Virus record (IMG/VR): IMGVR_UViG_3300042888_002402
Reading direction: 5' to 3' (one strand)
DNA length: 64,000 nucleotides
Source of the DNA: a virus
The translations under genes and the position numbers were made by a program. The notes beneath the pieces were generated by a model. The model was not told the DNA's origin and did not search any database. It saw nothing but the letters and a program-made list of their open reading frames with translations. How positions within the stretch are numbered: the first letter of the stretch is position 1; every line of letters begins with the position of its first letter. Shown here piece by piece: positions 20,126 through 29,397 of this stretch.

Positions 20126-20800
20126 TCACCAACCTGCTTTCTGTAATATATCCTTGGTGTATTCTTGATCAGCTGGATAGTCTTGAAACTTTTTCATCCA
20201 AAAGTCAGAATCAACATATGGCCAAATCATAGCAATTTGTTCAGACGTCAGTTCTGACAAAAACTTTTGTCCAGACTCAGAATTATATATGACCCAAGGA
20301 CTTATACGTCCGCTAGCAATTGCATGGCATATGGCATTCGAATTACCATAACGTAAACAATCGTGTGTTGGGTTACCTGTTTGCTCTTGCCATGTAATGC
20401 CAAATTCAATGGCTCTAGACAATGCATCATTGATATTTTCCACACGCAAATAATCTAACAGATACTCTGTATATGTGCTGTCTCGGCACCAATGATCAAT
20501 TTTTTTATTTTGTTTAAGCACATACTCGATAAATCTAGCAGGATTTATTGCTCGAATATCCACACAATACCGTCCAAATTTTACAAATGCCTTGTAATAA
20601 GGACTATCAGCAAAATCATCAAATGTTTTTAACTTTGCCGAACCTTGGGTTAATTGATAAAATTTTAAGTATGCTTGTAATCCTAATTGAACGCCACGCT
20701 CTGATTGTTCCTGTCTTCGACGGCGTGGCTCACAACTATGTACCAAAAGACTGGTTTCTTTTATAAAATCTTTTTTACAATACTGGCATGCGTAGGTCAT
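20126..20800 (-). CDS. Hypothetical protein with N-terminal zinc finger
   Basis: YACQYCKKDF...HSC. Confidence 0.7.
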   Translation of the reverse strand: MTYACQYCKKDFIKETSLLVHSCEPRRRRQEQSERGVQLGLQAYLKFYQLTQGSAKLKTFDDFADSPYYKAFVKFGRYCVDIRAINPARFIEYVLKQNKKIDHWCRDSTYTEYLLDYLRVENINDALSRAIEFGITWQEQTGNPTHDCLRYGNSNAICHAIASGRISPWVIYNSESGQKFLSELTSEQIAMIWPYVDSDFWMKKFQDYPADQEYTKDILQKAGW

Positions 20801-21525
20801 TGGTTTATATGCGTATATAATATGTTGGCAATTTGTTTATGTCCGATTATGTTTGGATGATAATCATCTACTGTTACAGTAGAATTGGTTTGTTGGCAAA
20901 ACTGTATCATACTTGGACCAGGATTTAGTTTGATAAAATGTCTATTAAACTTATTTAATACTGTTGTTAGATACGAATTGTTAAAATCATTCATTGTCAA
21001 AAAATAAAAATCTATATTTCGATTTTCTAATAAAGTAAATAAAAATTCAACATAATTTGTAGTTAAATATTCTATTTGTTCAATTCCAATATTTTTTTCT
21101 ATATCTTTTATTATTTTATTAGATCGATTAAGATACGAATACGGTAGTAGGGTATGGTCCCAAGGTATATTTTTGTCGTCAACTCCAGGATGGTTGTACA
21201 AACAAGGCGCATCAAATCGTGCTGGGTCTGAAATATTTACAATTACGAGTGTGTCAGTTGAGTTATAGCCAAATCTATTTAAACATTCTAATATACTGTT
21301 TGCTATTAATATATTTCCATGGCCGGCAGCTGCAGTGTTAACTAAACTTTTAACATTTAGCTTTTGTGCTAAAAATCCAGCCCATGATTTACTGTGTTTT
21401 GGAATAAATTCTGTATCATATGCAAAACTACAACCGCCATCACTAGACAAAGATGGAGGTGATCCGCCAATTCCGTCGCTGGTAAAACTGCAGCCACTTA
21501 CAAGTAAATGTTTATATACTTTCAT
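20797..21525 (-). CDS. SGNH-like protein
   Basis: SGCSFT, NTAAAGHGN, DDYHPN. Confidence 0.7.
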   Translation of the reverse strand: MKVYKHLLVSGCSFTSDGIGGSPPSLSSDGGCSFAYDTEFIPKHSKSWAGFLAQKLNVKSLVNTAAAGHGNILIANSILECLNRFGYNSTDTLVIVNISDPARFDAPCLYNHPGVDDKNIPWDHTLLPYSYLNRSNKIIKDIEKNIGIEQIEYLTTNYVEFLFTLLENRNIDFYFLTMNDFNNSYLTTVLNKFNRHFIKLNPGPSMIQFCQQTNSTVTVDDYHPNIIGHKQIANILYTHINQ

Positions 21526-21980
21526 TTTATTTTTTCTTGGCCAAGTTCACGTAGATGTGCATCAATTTCTTTTTGTGTTGTTATTTTGCTTAGTAAGTCA
21601 GCATCCGACCCTTTGAGATTGGGAAATATGGTCATCAATTGTTTTTTCTTTGTACCAGCATTGGCTGCATTTTCGTCTTTTTTCTTGGGACTTATCCATT
21701 GATGGCGATGGGCACCCATGCCAGGGCTCACTGTGCTTGCACACAACCATTGCAATTGTGGATGACGATTAATAGCAAAAAAATGTTTGTTTAATCTTTC
21801 GTTGGTGCTGATCACGTAAAACTCTTGCAGGTCCCGAGATCCTTGTACACTGCTACCCCAACGTATCATTAAAAAATTACTAAACTTTTTCTTTTCTTCA
21901 TCGGTGAGATCAGTGTAAAAGTTTTGATTTTTTAAATCAAACTCACGCATTTCATTAGCAATGTTTAATTTATCACTCAT
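21522..21980 (-). CDS. Probable clamp-loader small subunit (gp62-like)
   Basis: KKFSNFLMIRWGS...QWI; size and replication context. Confidence 0.5.
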   Translation of the reverse strand: MSDKLNIANEMREFDLKNQNFYTDLTDEEKKKFSNFLMIRWGSSVQGSRDLQEFYVISTNERLNKHFFAINRHPQLQWLCASTVSPGMGAHRHQWISPKKKDENAANAGTKKKQLMTIFPNLKGSDADLLSKITTQKEIDAHLRELGQEKIK

Positions 21981-22480
21981 TACCATGCCTTGTTGTAATC
22001 CACGATTTCACAATTACGACTGATATCTTTTACAAAATAAACACATTCGGGTTTAGGACCATCTGTTAAGGGAACACACAACATTTGTCCGTTTTTTAAT
22101 TTAGGAGCATACCAGTTAACTTCTTGATACACATCTATAATTTCAATATCTGGAAAACTGGGTCTAAAACTGCTCAGCGGATTAAATTCAAATACCTTAA
22201 ACCCTCGATCATTTATGCTGGTTAACGGTAACACTTCCAGATCGCCCAAGTCGGGCTCACCAATTAGTATTTGCCAATCCATGGGCATTTTTATTCTATG
22301 TTCGCCTATACGTAGCACCAATGCAGGTGCATTAAAGCTTTCTAAAAATATCAGTGGTATATAATGATAGTCAGGATCTACAGGAGTTGAATTGTCTAAG
22401 ATTGCAAAACGCATATCTTCAATTTCTTCTGGAAGATGATCCAATTCATAATGTTCGTTGTCAAGGGTTAATATTCGCAT
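21980..22480 (-). CDS. Hypothetical protein (possible degenerate Hint fold)
   Basis: beta-rich 166 aa; leaderless ATG after promoter. Confidence 0.6.
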   Translation of the reverse strand: MRILTLDNEHYELDHLPEEIEDMRFAILDNSTPVDPDYHYIPLIFLESFNAPALVLRIGEHRIKMPMDWQILIGEPDLGDLEVLPLTSINDRGFKVFEFNPLSSFRPSFPDIEIIDVYQEVNWYAPKLKNGQMLCVPLTDGPKPECVYFVKDISRNCEIVDYNKAW

Positions 22481-22486
22481 GTGTTT

Positions 22487-22515
22487 ATTATACATGTTGC
22501 ATTGTAAAAATGCAA
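22487..22515 (-). promoter_or_regulatory. Sigma70 promoter, leaderless
   Basis: TTGCAT-17-TATAAT, ATG 6 nt downstream. Confidence 0.7.
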
Positions 22516-22519
22516 CCTT

Positions 22520-23977
22520 TCACTTCCATTCTAACTTTTCTTGTGTGAAAGGATAGTTAGCTTCCTTATAGAAAGTTTTTCTTTTGGTCAAATGACGTTT
22601 AGCAAATTTACAAGTACTGGTAATATCCCAAATTTCTACATGGTCCTTGTCTTCCGCTTTCCTAATACCTCGCCCAATAGATTGTATAACCCTGACAAAG
22701 CTTTTTCCGGGTTCCAGAAGAACCAGATTAAAAATCCTAGGAAGATTAATACCCACAGCGGCCACACCGTAAGTCGCCACAATAATCTTACCAGTGCTAG
22801 TTGCAATTTCATCATATTCACTTTGTCTATCTCCTGCTTTGGTTGATCCAGATACAAATACCGCATCATTTAATTGTGCTACTAATGCTTGGCCTGCTGC
22901 AATACGATCTACTAACACAAGAGTGTTTCCGGTTGTGTTAACTTGGCGCACAAGATTAGCAATTGTTTTGAGCCTATTTTCTTCTTCTAATAGATATTTT
23001 AATTCACTTTGATAATTGGTAAACTCTGCGTGATCAACCAGTTGAACGATGTTTACATGGCACTGTGCCAGTACACCACGGTCTTGCAATTCACTTGCAG
23101 CCAATTGGCTAATTACTGGTCCAATGCTTACCAAAAGACTTTGGCTTTCAAATTTTTCTTTGGGAATAGTTCCTGTTAGTCCCCAGCGAATTGGCACACG
23201 GCTCATCACGCCTGTCAGCAAAGTTTTTAATGCATCAGCTTTGGCCATGTGTACTTCGTCGACTATGACACATACAACTCCTTCCAAGAAGTCCCCAATA
23301 GATATGTTGGCGGTGGCATTTTTTGTATTCTTTAGCAGTACGTTTAAACTTTGCCAGGTACATATAGTGTGTGTTCGACCAAACTCTTTGCGATCTCCAA
23401 AAAATACACCAACATCTAATCCTAAATTTTTATAGTCAGCTTCGGTCTGTGTTACCAAACTCTTGTTAGGTACAATCACAATACTACGACCATGAGATTC
23501 GCAGCGTTGGCTCAATACCGCAGTCATGATTGTCTTTCCGGCTCCGGTGGCAACTTCTTGCAAGCACTGTGGATTGGCTAAAAAGTTGTTAACTATTTCA
23601 ACTTGATAATCTCTTAGTAACACTGGATCTCCGGCTCGAGGATGATTTTTTGGCCAAGTGTGCTGACTAAAACTGTTTTCTGCCACTTGCTCAAACTCAA
23701 ATGTAGTTTTATAATCTCTCTGATCATCTAACTCAATATCGTAATTGAAATCTTCAAGTATGGAAATAATTTCAGGCAGTAAGTTCACATATGTACTGCC
23801 GCCCATTTGGAAATAACTAACCTTGCCGTCCCAACGTCCCAACCGTACTGCGGGAAGATATCTTGCGTATGGCACATCGTATTTAAAAGTGTTAACCAAC
23901 TTTCGCCTGACATCAAGATCAAGTCCGTCGAGTTTGATATTGACTTCATCTTTAATTGTTATTATACAGTGTTTCAT
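22520..23977 (-). CDS. uvsW: UvsW-like SF2 helicase
   Basis: LRDYQ, ATGAGKT, DEVH, GLTGT, QSIGRGIR. Confidence 0.92.
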   Translation of the reverse strand: MKHCIITIKDEVNIKLDGLDLDVRRKLVNTFKYDVPYARYLPAVRLGRWDGKVSYFQMGGSTYVNLLPEIISILEDFNYDIELDDQRDYKTTFEFEQVAENSFSQHTWPKNHPRAGDPVLLRDYQVEIVNNFLANPQCLQEVATGAGKTIMTAVLSQRCESHGRSIVIVPNKSLVTQTEADYKNLGLDVGVFFGDRKEFGRTHTICTWQSLNVLLKNTKNATANISIGDFLEGVVCVIVDEVHMAKADALKTLLTGVMSRVPIRWGLTGTIPKEKFESQSLLVSIGPVISQLAASELQDRGVLAQCHVNIVQLVDHAEFTNYQSELKYLLEEENRLKTIANLVRQVNTTGNTLVLVDRIAAGQALVAQLNDAVFVSGSTKAGDRQSEYDEIATSTGKIIVATYGVAAVGINLPRIFNLVLLEPGKSFVRVIQSIGRGIRKAEDKDHVEIWDITSTCKFAKRHLTKRKTFYKEANYPFTQEKLEWK

Positions 23978-24834
23978 TGTAGATATACTTTATTTACACA
24001 TTGTCTTTGTTGGATTTGATCAAGTAATTGTTCTTTATCAAATTGAGTGACTAATTCGGCCACTGGAAATTGCAATGGCAGTAGTCTTGTATCATTAAAT
24101 GCAGTAATACCGTACTGATTAAAAAATTTACGATGCGTATTGTAATAGGATGACATGCTGTTTAAATCAGGAATTTTTTCGTAAAATTTAACATTGAAAT
24201 CTGCACTGTAAAAATTAAAAGGCTTGAAAGCATTGTCTGATATGTAAGTGTCATTGTCCTTGGCAAGGTCTTCAAGAGTCTTTCCTATTTCAACATAGTT
24301 CAAGCACACAGATCCCCAAGCAGGACTAACAACACCATGGAGTTTCATCATGTCCAGTGGTAAGGTCTTTATCTTAGGCATACCAAACCATGTGCATACA
24401 AATCTTGGCAGGTTGTTTTGGCTTGCAGTTTCACATCTATGCACTGCTATGTTAAGATCTGCAAGTGCTTGCCTAACAGAGCCCGGTGCTTGATTCCAAT
24501 ACTCAGTATCCTGTTGATCCAATAATCCATGATACTGTTCAAAGATATTGTGTAGATAATTTAAACAATCTTGATCATACACATTAGTAAACGGTCTATG
24601 TACAATCAGCTGGTGTGCATTAATAGTATCAATACACCTGGTTATCATGTTAGTTGCAACTGTTATTTCTTCCGCTTGACTGTTAAACCCGTAGAATCTC
24701 TTGGGATTGTCAAGTGTGTAGGATTGTCGAGATTGCATACGCTCAATCCAAAGTTCGGTTATAGGAGAATCAAGCAATCGAAACTTTAAATCAAAGTTAT
24801 CATGCCCTAACTCAATGTGTAATGTTGAAAACAT
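23974..24834 (-). CDS. Hypothetical protein
   Basis: LNYLHNIFE, LNIAVHRCE, LNYVEIGK; start placed after promoter 24841-24869. Confidence 0.7.
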   Translation of the reverse strand: MFSTLHIELGHDNFDLKFRLLDSPITELWIERMQSRQSYTLDNPKRFYGFNSQAEEITVATNMITRCIDTINAHQLIVHRPFTNVYDQDCLNYLHNIFEQYHGLLDQQDTEYWNQAPGSVRQALADLNIAVHRCETASQNNLPRFVCTWFGMPKIKTLPLDMMKLHGVVSPAWGSVCLNYVEIGKTLEDLAKDNDTYISDNAFKPFNFYSADFNVKFYEKIPDLNSMSSYYNTHRKFFNQYGITAFNDTRLLPLQFPVAELVTQFDKEQLLDQIQQRQCVNKVYLQ

Positions 24835-24840
24835 AGTGCA

Positions 24841-24869
24841 AGTATATACTATATTTTTATAAATGTCAA
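24841..24869 (-). promoter_or_regulatory. Sigma70 promoter, leaderless
   Basis: TTGACA-17-TATACT, ATG 6 nt downstream; -35 overlaps the T tract of the terminator. Confidence 0.8.
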
Positions 24870-24894
24870 AAAAACAGGCACCAAAGTGCCTGTT
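24868..24894 (-). terminator. Intrinsic terminator
   Basis: AACAGGCAC-TTTG-GTGCCTGTT + T tract. Confidence 0.85.
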
Positions 24895-24935
24895 ATAAAC
24901 GAACTGTATGTCTACAGTCCGGGAGCTAACTTTGA

Positions 24936-25967
24936 TCACGCATTCTTCATGCAAGTTGTCTCTGCCATGAGTCTCCATTTTGCTGGAAAGCTCTTGACTA
25001 AATCTGCAATCTTCAGCGCCATACGCAGGCTCATCTCACGCAGACGAGTTTGATTGGTGTTCATAAAGTCAATGATGTCGTCTTGCTGGTACTCGTTAAA
25101 GTCATAGTCCTGGAACAACACACCATCTTTGGCAATTTGTTTGATACGCAAGATTTTGTCACGCATAGTGTCCAATGTCAAGTCTAGATAGTGGCAACGA
25201 CTTTGCAATGCATCCAGGTGGTCACGCAATTTTTGCGACTTCATTTGATCAAACTTCAAGTTGGTAATAAAGATAACGCTGCCTTTGAACTCAAAACTGT
25301 CTGGGATGCCTTCGCGGCGCAGAGTGCTAGACTCCGACAACCAACTAATTTTACGTTTCTTACCCGAGTCCAAGGCACCCTTGAGCAAGTTAAGAGCAAC
25401 ATCGTCCAGCAAAATGCTGTCACAGTCATCAAACACTAGAACACAATTGGCGTCAGAATATTTGTACAGAGTTTGGTACAAGCCAATTGGGGTTGCACTG
25501 CCTTTGACAACTTCGGCACGTAGGCGCTTGCCGGCAATCTTGTCAAATAAACAGGCCTTTTCAACTTCTTGCTCTACACCAAAGCTCTTGCCAACGCCGG
25601 GCGGGCCCGACACAATCATGGCACGGATGTCACCAGCAGTAGCCGCTTTGGTCATCTCTGTTAGAATTTCAAAGCGTTCTCTAATACGAGTCATTGCTTC
25701 TTCTTCTGTTTCGATTGCCTTAGTAGGCGTTTTAGATGTGACAAGCTCTAGCATGCTCTCTCCTTGAGTTACGAACTCATAGTCCTGAGTTCCGGTTACG
25801 TTAACACGAATAGTTTCTGGCATGTTTGGAAATGTGCCACCATTTTTGACTTTGACAAAACTGTTTTTACCAGTTGTTGTAATTTGCTCTACTAGCTCAA
25901 AACACATGCCTGCAACACTTTTGTTGCGGTAAGTTCCTGACAAAACACGAATATGACTGTTAGACAT
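24936..25967 (-). CDS. P-loop/AAA-like ATPase
   Basis: GPPGVGKS, LVFDDCD, IFITN, ALQSR; SD AAAGGGG. Confidence 0.85.
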   Translation of the reverse strand: MSNSHIRVLSGTYRNKSVAGMCFELVEQITTTGKNSFVKVKNGGTFPNMPETIRVNVTGTQDYEFVTQGESMLELVTSKTPTKAIETEEEAMTRIRERFEILTEMTKAATAGDIRAMIVSGPPGVGKSFGVEQEVEKACLFDKIAGKRLRAEVVKGSATPIGLYQTLYKYSDANCVLVFDDCDSILLDDVALNLLKGALDSGKKRKISWLSESSTLRREGIPDSFEFKGSVIFITNLKFDQMKSQKLRDHLDALQSRCHYLDLTLDTMRDKILRIKQIAKDGVLFQDYDFNEYQQDDIIDFMNTNQTRLREMSLRMALKIADLVKSFPAKWRLMAETTCMKNA

Positions 25968-25996
25968 AATAGCCCCTTTTTTTAGTTTATACAAGT

Positions 25997-26025
25997 ATTA
26001 TAACAAAATACGATTTTTGTGTCAA
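25997..26025 (-). promoter_or_regulatory. Perfect sigma70 promoter P1
   Basis: TTGACA-17-TATAAT. Confidence 0.9.
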
Positions 26026-26081
26026 ACTGCGGTGTTGTCTTTGTGCAACATTGCTTGATCTTGTTGTTTTTTACTGTTCAT
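26022..26081 (-). CDS. 19-aa leaderless micro-ORF (MNSKKQQDQAMLHKDNTAV)
   Basis: ATG 6 nt after the P2 -10; TGA lies in the P1 -35 box. Confidence 0.35.
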   Translation of the reverse strand: MNSKKQQDQAMLHKDNTAV

Positions 26082-26087
26082 GCTGTT

Positions 26088-26116
26088 ATTATAGCAAAAC
26101 GGCTATTTTTGGTCAA
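26088..26116 (-). promoter_or_regulatory. Sigma70 promoter P2
   Basis: TTGACC-17-TATAAT, extended -10 TG. Confidence 0.85.
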
Positions 26117-26256
26117 CCTTGCAGATCTTGCCCTTTGTGCTTGATGTTGCGTTTATACAACACTTGATTTTGCTGGGTTTTAGGACGAAAAGGCAAGTCG
26201 CGATCAAACAACACACGATGTGCTCTGGGTTGTGGGTTACGATTGGATGTTTTCAT
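26113..26256 (-). CDS. 47-aa basic protein, ArfA-like (not in ORF track)
   Basis: MKTSNRNPQPRAHRVLFDRDLPFRPKTQQNQVLYKRNIKHKGQDLQG; FR...N...YxRxxKH pattern. Confidence 0.55.
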   Translation of the reverse strand: MKTSNRNPQPRAHRVLFDRDLPFRPKTQQNQVLYKRNIKHKGQDLQG

Positions 26257-26265
26257 AGTGCAGTA

Positions 26266-26294
26266 ATTGTACAGAAAACAGTGTTTTTGGTCAA
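26266..26294 (-). promoter_or_regulatory. Sigma70 promoter P3
   Basis: TTGACC-17-TACAAT. Confidence 0.8.
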
Positions 26295-26301
26295 CCTCAT
26301 G

Positions 26302-26327
26302 AAAAACCCTACAATTTGTAGGGTTTT
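26302..26327 (-). terminator. Intrinsic (probably bidirectional) terminator
   Basis: AAAACCCTACA-3-TGTAGGGTTTT. Confidence 0.8.
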
Positions 26328-26415
26328 GTGTGTATGTTAGGTCAAAATTTTACAATCAACATCTACCATAGTTATGAGTTGAGCAGGATCACTTGGCCGG
26401 GATATTTTCAAACTT

Positions 26416-26985
26416 TCAAGGCAGATATGGTCGCGATGAATCAGGATATGCAACTTGTCCAGGGCTGATGTTAAAATTACATGTAATATTGCTGCCAGCA
26501 GGAACTATCCAATGACATATTCCTTTAGATAAAAAGGGCTGGGTGACTCCGTCGATTGCAACATTACTACGTACATCCGGAGTTCCATCTGAATTGGTCG
26601 GGTAACCAACATAAGCGTTTTCAAATTCATGATGTGACGGGGTTCCTACATTTCCACAATCATCACCAAAGTTCCGACGGCACATCTCCTCGTGATCCTT
26701 TTGATAATTACTCTTGATGTCACCTAAAAGCACTCCGTGTCCGCCTGTTACAGTTATCTTCATTGGCAAGCTTCCTGCAAAATCAGTATGAATATCTGCA
26801 AGTGCAGCCGTTTCTGCTAACACAGTGTATTGGTAGTCATCAGCTACAGGCACTTGAACAATAGGAGCATCAACTGAAGGAACAATACCATTATAAATTG
26901 TGTTTCCATTTAGCTCAATATTGAGTGTAACGTTGGTTCCAAAGGCTGTGCCCATGAATCTAAGACTTCTATCTTCTGTTGCCAT
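26416..26985 (-). CDS. Hypothetical late protein
   Basis: SD AGGAG; late box 27005-27010. Confidence 0.7.
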   Translation of the reverse strand: MATEDRSLRFMGTAFGTNVTLNIELNGNTIYNGIVPSVDAPIVQVPVADDYQYTVLAETAALADIHTDFAGSLPMKITVTGGHGVLLGDIKSNYQKDHEEMCRRNFGDDCGNVGTPSHHEFENAYVGYPTNSDGTPDVRSNVAIDGVTQPFLSKGICHWIVPAGSNITCNFNISPGQVAYPDSSRPYLP

Positions 26986-27010
26986 ATGTAATATCTCCTA
27001 CAGTTATTTA

Positions 27011-27751
27011 TCATTGCCAATGCTGAACTATCAAAGGATCTGATATTTTGTCAGGTTTTGGATTTCCATGAAAAATCAACACACTGGTATCATAATGAAT
27101 TTGTGTGCCGGTAGAGGGAATCCGGTGTGTTTTACCAGTGAAATCGTATCCACCATCAAGTGCTTGCCAACGCCAGCTTTTAATTCTATTTGCATCAAGT
27201 AATCTGCGTTCTGATTGTGCAATTGTGTCTGTGATAAAATCTTGATCACCGTGGTATTTTTGTAACAAAGATTTAAAATTTTGTTGGCAAAATACAGTCC
27301 AAACGTGTTGAAATTTACTGGTATCCCACCACATGATGCTGGAATTAACTCCATAATGTGTGGGTCGCCAAAGATACTTAAAATCTCGTATGGCCCAGAA
27401 ATATTCCAAAGACGATTGCACAATCCAGTCAATGTTTTGCAAAATAACAGTATCAAGGTCAAAATACAACAAAGGGCCAGCATGATGCTCGGCGTTGAAC
27501 AACTGCATTTTGTACCACCAGTTGCGTTTGTGCCCCATGTCTCCCCAGTTGGTCAGTGCATGTTTGATCATGGGTGCAGGTACTGGTCGATCAGCTTCTG
27601 TGTATACATGTAATCTAATGCCTGCACTGAGGTGTCGGTTCAACATACTGTACAAACGTTCCACATATGTCCATGAATATGCGTCCCCGTAGATAACGCA
27701 GGCACAATCAATTGGGCCATTCACAGTGCTGATCTTATTCTTTTTAGCCAT
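27011..27751 (-). CDS. GT-A glycosyltransferase (GT8-like)
   Basis: WWYKMQLF, YFDLD, NSSIM, GDQDFI, FHGNPKP. Confidence 0.85.
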   Translation of the reverse strand: MAKKNKISTVNGPIDCACVIYGDAYSWTYVERLYSMLNRHLSAGIRLHVYTEADRPVPAPMIKHALTNWGDMGHKRNWWYKMQLFNAEHHAGPLLYFDLDTVILQNIDWIVQSSLEYFWAIRDFKYLWRPTHYGVNSSIMWWDTSKFQHVWTVFCQQNFKSLLQKYHGDQDFITDTIAQSERRLLDANRIKSWRWQALDGGYDFTGKTHRIPSTGTQIHYDTSVLIFHGNPKPDKISDPLIVQHWQ

Positions 27752-28566
27752 AATCCTTGTTGTATTTCTGGTATGGTATACTCAGTGTGACAAATTTCCG
27801 TTAGCCACTGATATCTATCAACATCATAGGGTGCTTCTAAATCTGCAAGTTTTATACCCACTGGATATGCAAGACTTGTTGAGTCAACAATGGGTCTACT
27901 GCCAGAAATAGCTGCTTGTATACCAGGACCACTGTTGTAGTTAACAACTGCATGACAGTCAAAATGCATGTTAAAACTGTCGTAGGTGTTGGCCAATGGC
28001 ATAGGAGTTTCTATCACTGTGTTTGGTAACAATTTTGAAGTATCTAATTTAGATCGAGGATGTGGTCGAACTCGAATTGGGCGGTCAGACACTGCACGTA
28101 TTTGATCAATTTGTTTGTTGACCCAGGATTCAATGCTGTCAAGCGCAGACACTTGTAAACTGTTGCGGTGTTGTGCAGCTATTAATATTTCCGGGCTATG
28201 ACCAACCAGCTGTGCCAAACTGATTCCTAGTTTTTTAGGACGGTCTAGATCAAGATCTGTTTGATGTCCGTAATATCCCTCAGCAGTGATGTTGTTTACG
28301 GCAATTTTCCAAGTTTGCCCACGGTACAATGCACCAACATCTATCACAATCACTGGACGTCCGGAATCACGATAGTGTTCATACACCTGCTGATTGCTGG
28401 CCATGCGCCCGTGCCAAAGCACAGACCAGATTACCGCCGCATCTGATGTCCAAGAGTTTTCTTCAGTCTGAATTCCTGCCGACTGTAAACAATCTAGTAC
28501 AGCATTCAAAACTGGCTTGGAATTGTTGGCCGATTGGGAACTAAAATAGGCCACTGTCTTGATCAC
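27721..28566 (-). CDS. KpsS/KpsC-like (capsule-biosynthesis) glycosyltransferase
   Basis: IRVRPHP, VVNYNSGPGIQAAISG. Confidence 0.65.
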   Translation of the reverse strand: MIKTVAYFSSQSANNSKPVLNAVLDCLQSAGIQTEENSWTSDAAVIWSVLWHGRMASNQQVYEHYRDSGRPVIVIDVGALYRGQTWKIAVNNITAEGYYGHQTDLDLDRPKKLGISLAQLVGHSPEILIAAQHRNSLQVSALDSIESWVNKQIDQIRAVSDRPIRVRPHPRSKLDTSKLLPNTVIETPMPLANTYDSFNMHFDCHAVVNYNSGPGIQAAISGSRPIVDSTSLAYPVGIKLADLEAPYDVDRYQWLTEICHTEYTIPEIQQGLWLKRIRSAL

Positions 28567-28577
28567 TAAATACCCCT

Positions 28578-29393
28578 ATGAAATATACTGTAATTACCAC
28601 GTTTCATGACCAGGGGTTAAAACAATATGGTCAGAGAATGATTGATACCTTTGAGCAGCATTGGCCTAGAGAAGTTGACTTGATTGTTTATGCAGAAAAC
28701 TGCAGACCACTTAGCAGTAAATCTAATGTGCAGATCATAGACCTACTGGAGACCAGCACAGATCTCCAACAATTTGTTGAACGGCACAAAAATAATCCAT
28801 TGGCACATGGGCAATCAACTCCTGACAAACAAGTTGATCCAAAAAAACAATTTCGTTGGGATGCAGTTAGGTTTGCTTACAAAGTATTCAGCGTAGCACT
28901 GGCAGCCAGCACAGTCAAAACTGATTGGCTTGTGTGGTTAGATGCTGATACTCTCACACACTCACCAGTGCCAATCAGTGGATTAAGTGCGCTATGTCCT
29001 GCTGATTCAATGATTGGCTATTTGGGACGCAGTGAAACGTATCATTCTGAATGCGGATGGGTTGCTTATAATTTAAACAATCCTCAGACCCAACAATTTA
29101 TCAAAGATTTTGTTGACATGTACAACAAAGATGAAATTTTCAAACTAGACGAATGGCACGACAGTTATGTTTGGGATGTTGTACGTCGGAGGTATTGTGG
29201 AACAAATAAATTTTATAATTTAAATACTGTTCCAAATACCCGAGGACTAGCAGGGCACCCTTTTATAAATTCTGCGTTGGGTCTGTACATGGATCATGTC
29301 AAAGGAAAAAGAAAAAACAAAGGTTCTAGTTTTAGTCATGAAATTTTAACACATCATGATCACCCTTATTGGAAAAAAGTTTTAGGAAAGTAA
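28578..29393 (+). CDS. GT-A glycosyltransferase
   Basis: RFAYKVF, WLDAD, EWHDSYVWD, DHVKG; late box 28567-28572. Confidence 0.8.
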   Translation: MKYTVITTFHDQGLKQYGQRMIDTFEQHWPREVDLIVYAENCRPLSSKSNVQIIDLLETSTDLQQFVERHKNNPLAHGQSTPDKQVDPKKQFRWDAVRFAYKVFSVALAASTVKTDWLVWLDADTLTHSPVPISGLSALCPADSMIGYLGRSETYHSECGWVAYNLNNPQTQQFIKDFVDMYNKDEIFKLDEWHDSYVWDVVRRRYCGTNKFYNLNTVPNTRGLAGHPFINSALGLYMDHVKGKRKNKGSSFSHEILTHHDHPYWKKVLGK

Positions 29394-29397
29394 AAAT

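Noticed and set aside
24895-24935. tRNA-like TTAGCTC
   Set aside because: No cloverleaf or T-loop fits; I found no tRNA genes in the window by eye
24835-24978. N-terminal extensions in the ORF track (here, and 42938-43063 for gp32)
   Set aside because: They run through terminators and promoters; downstream ATGs fit better
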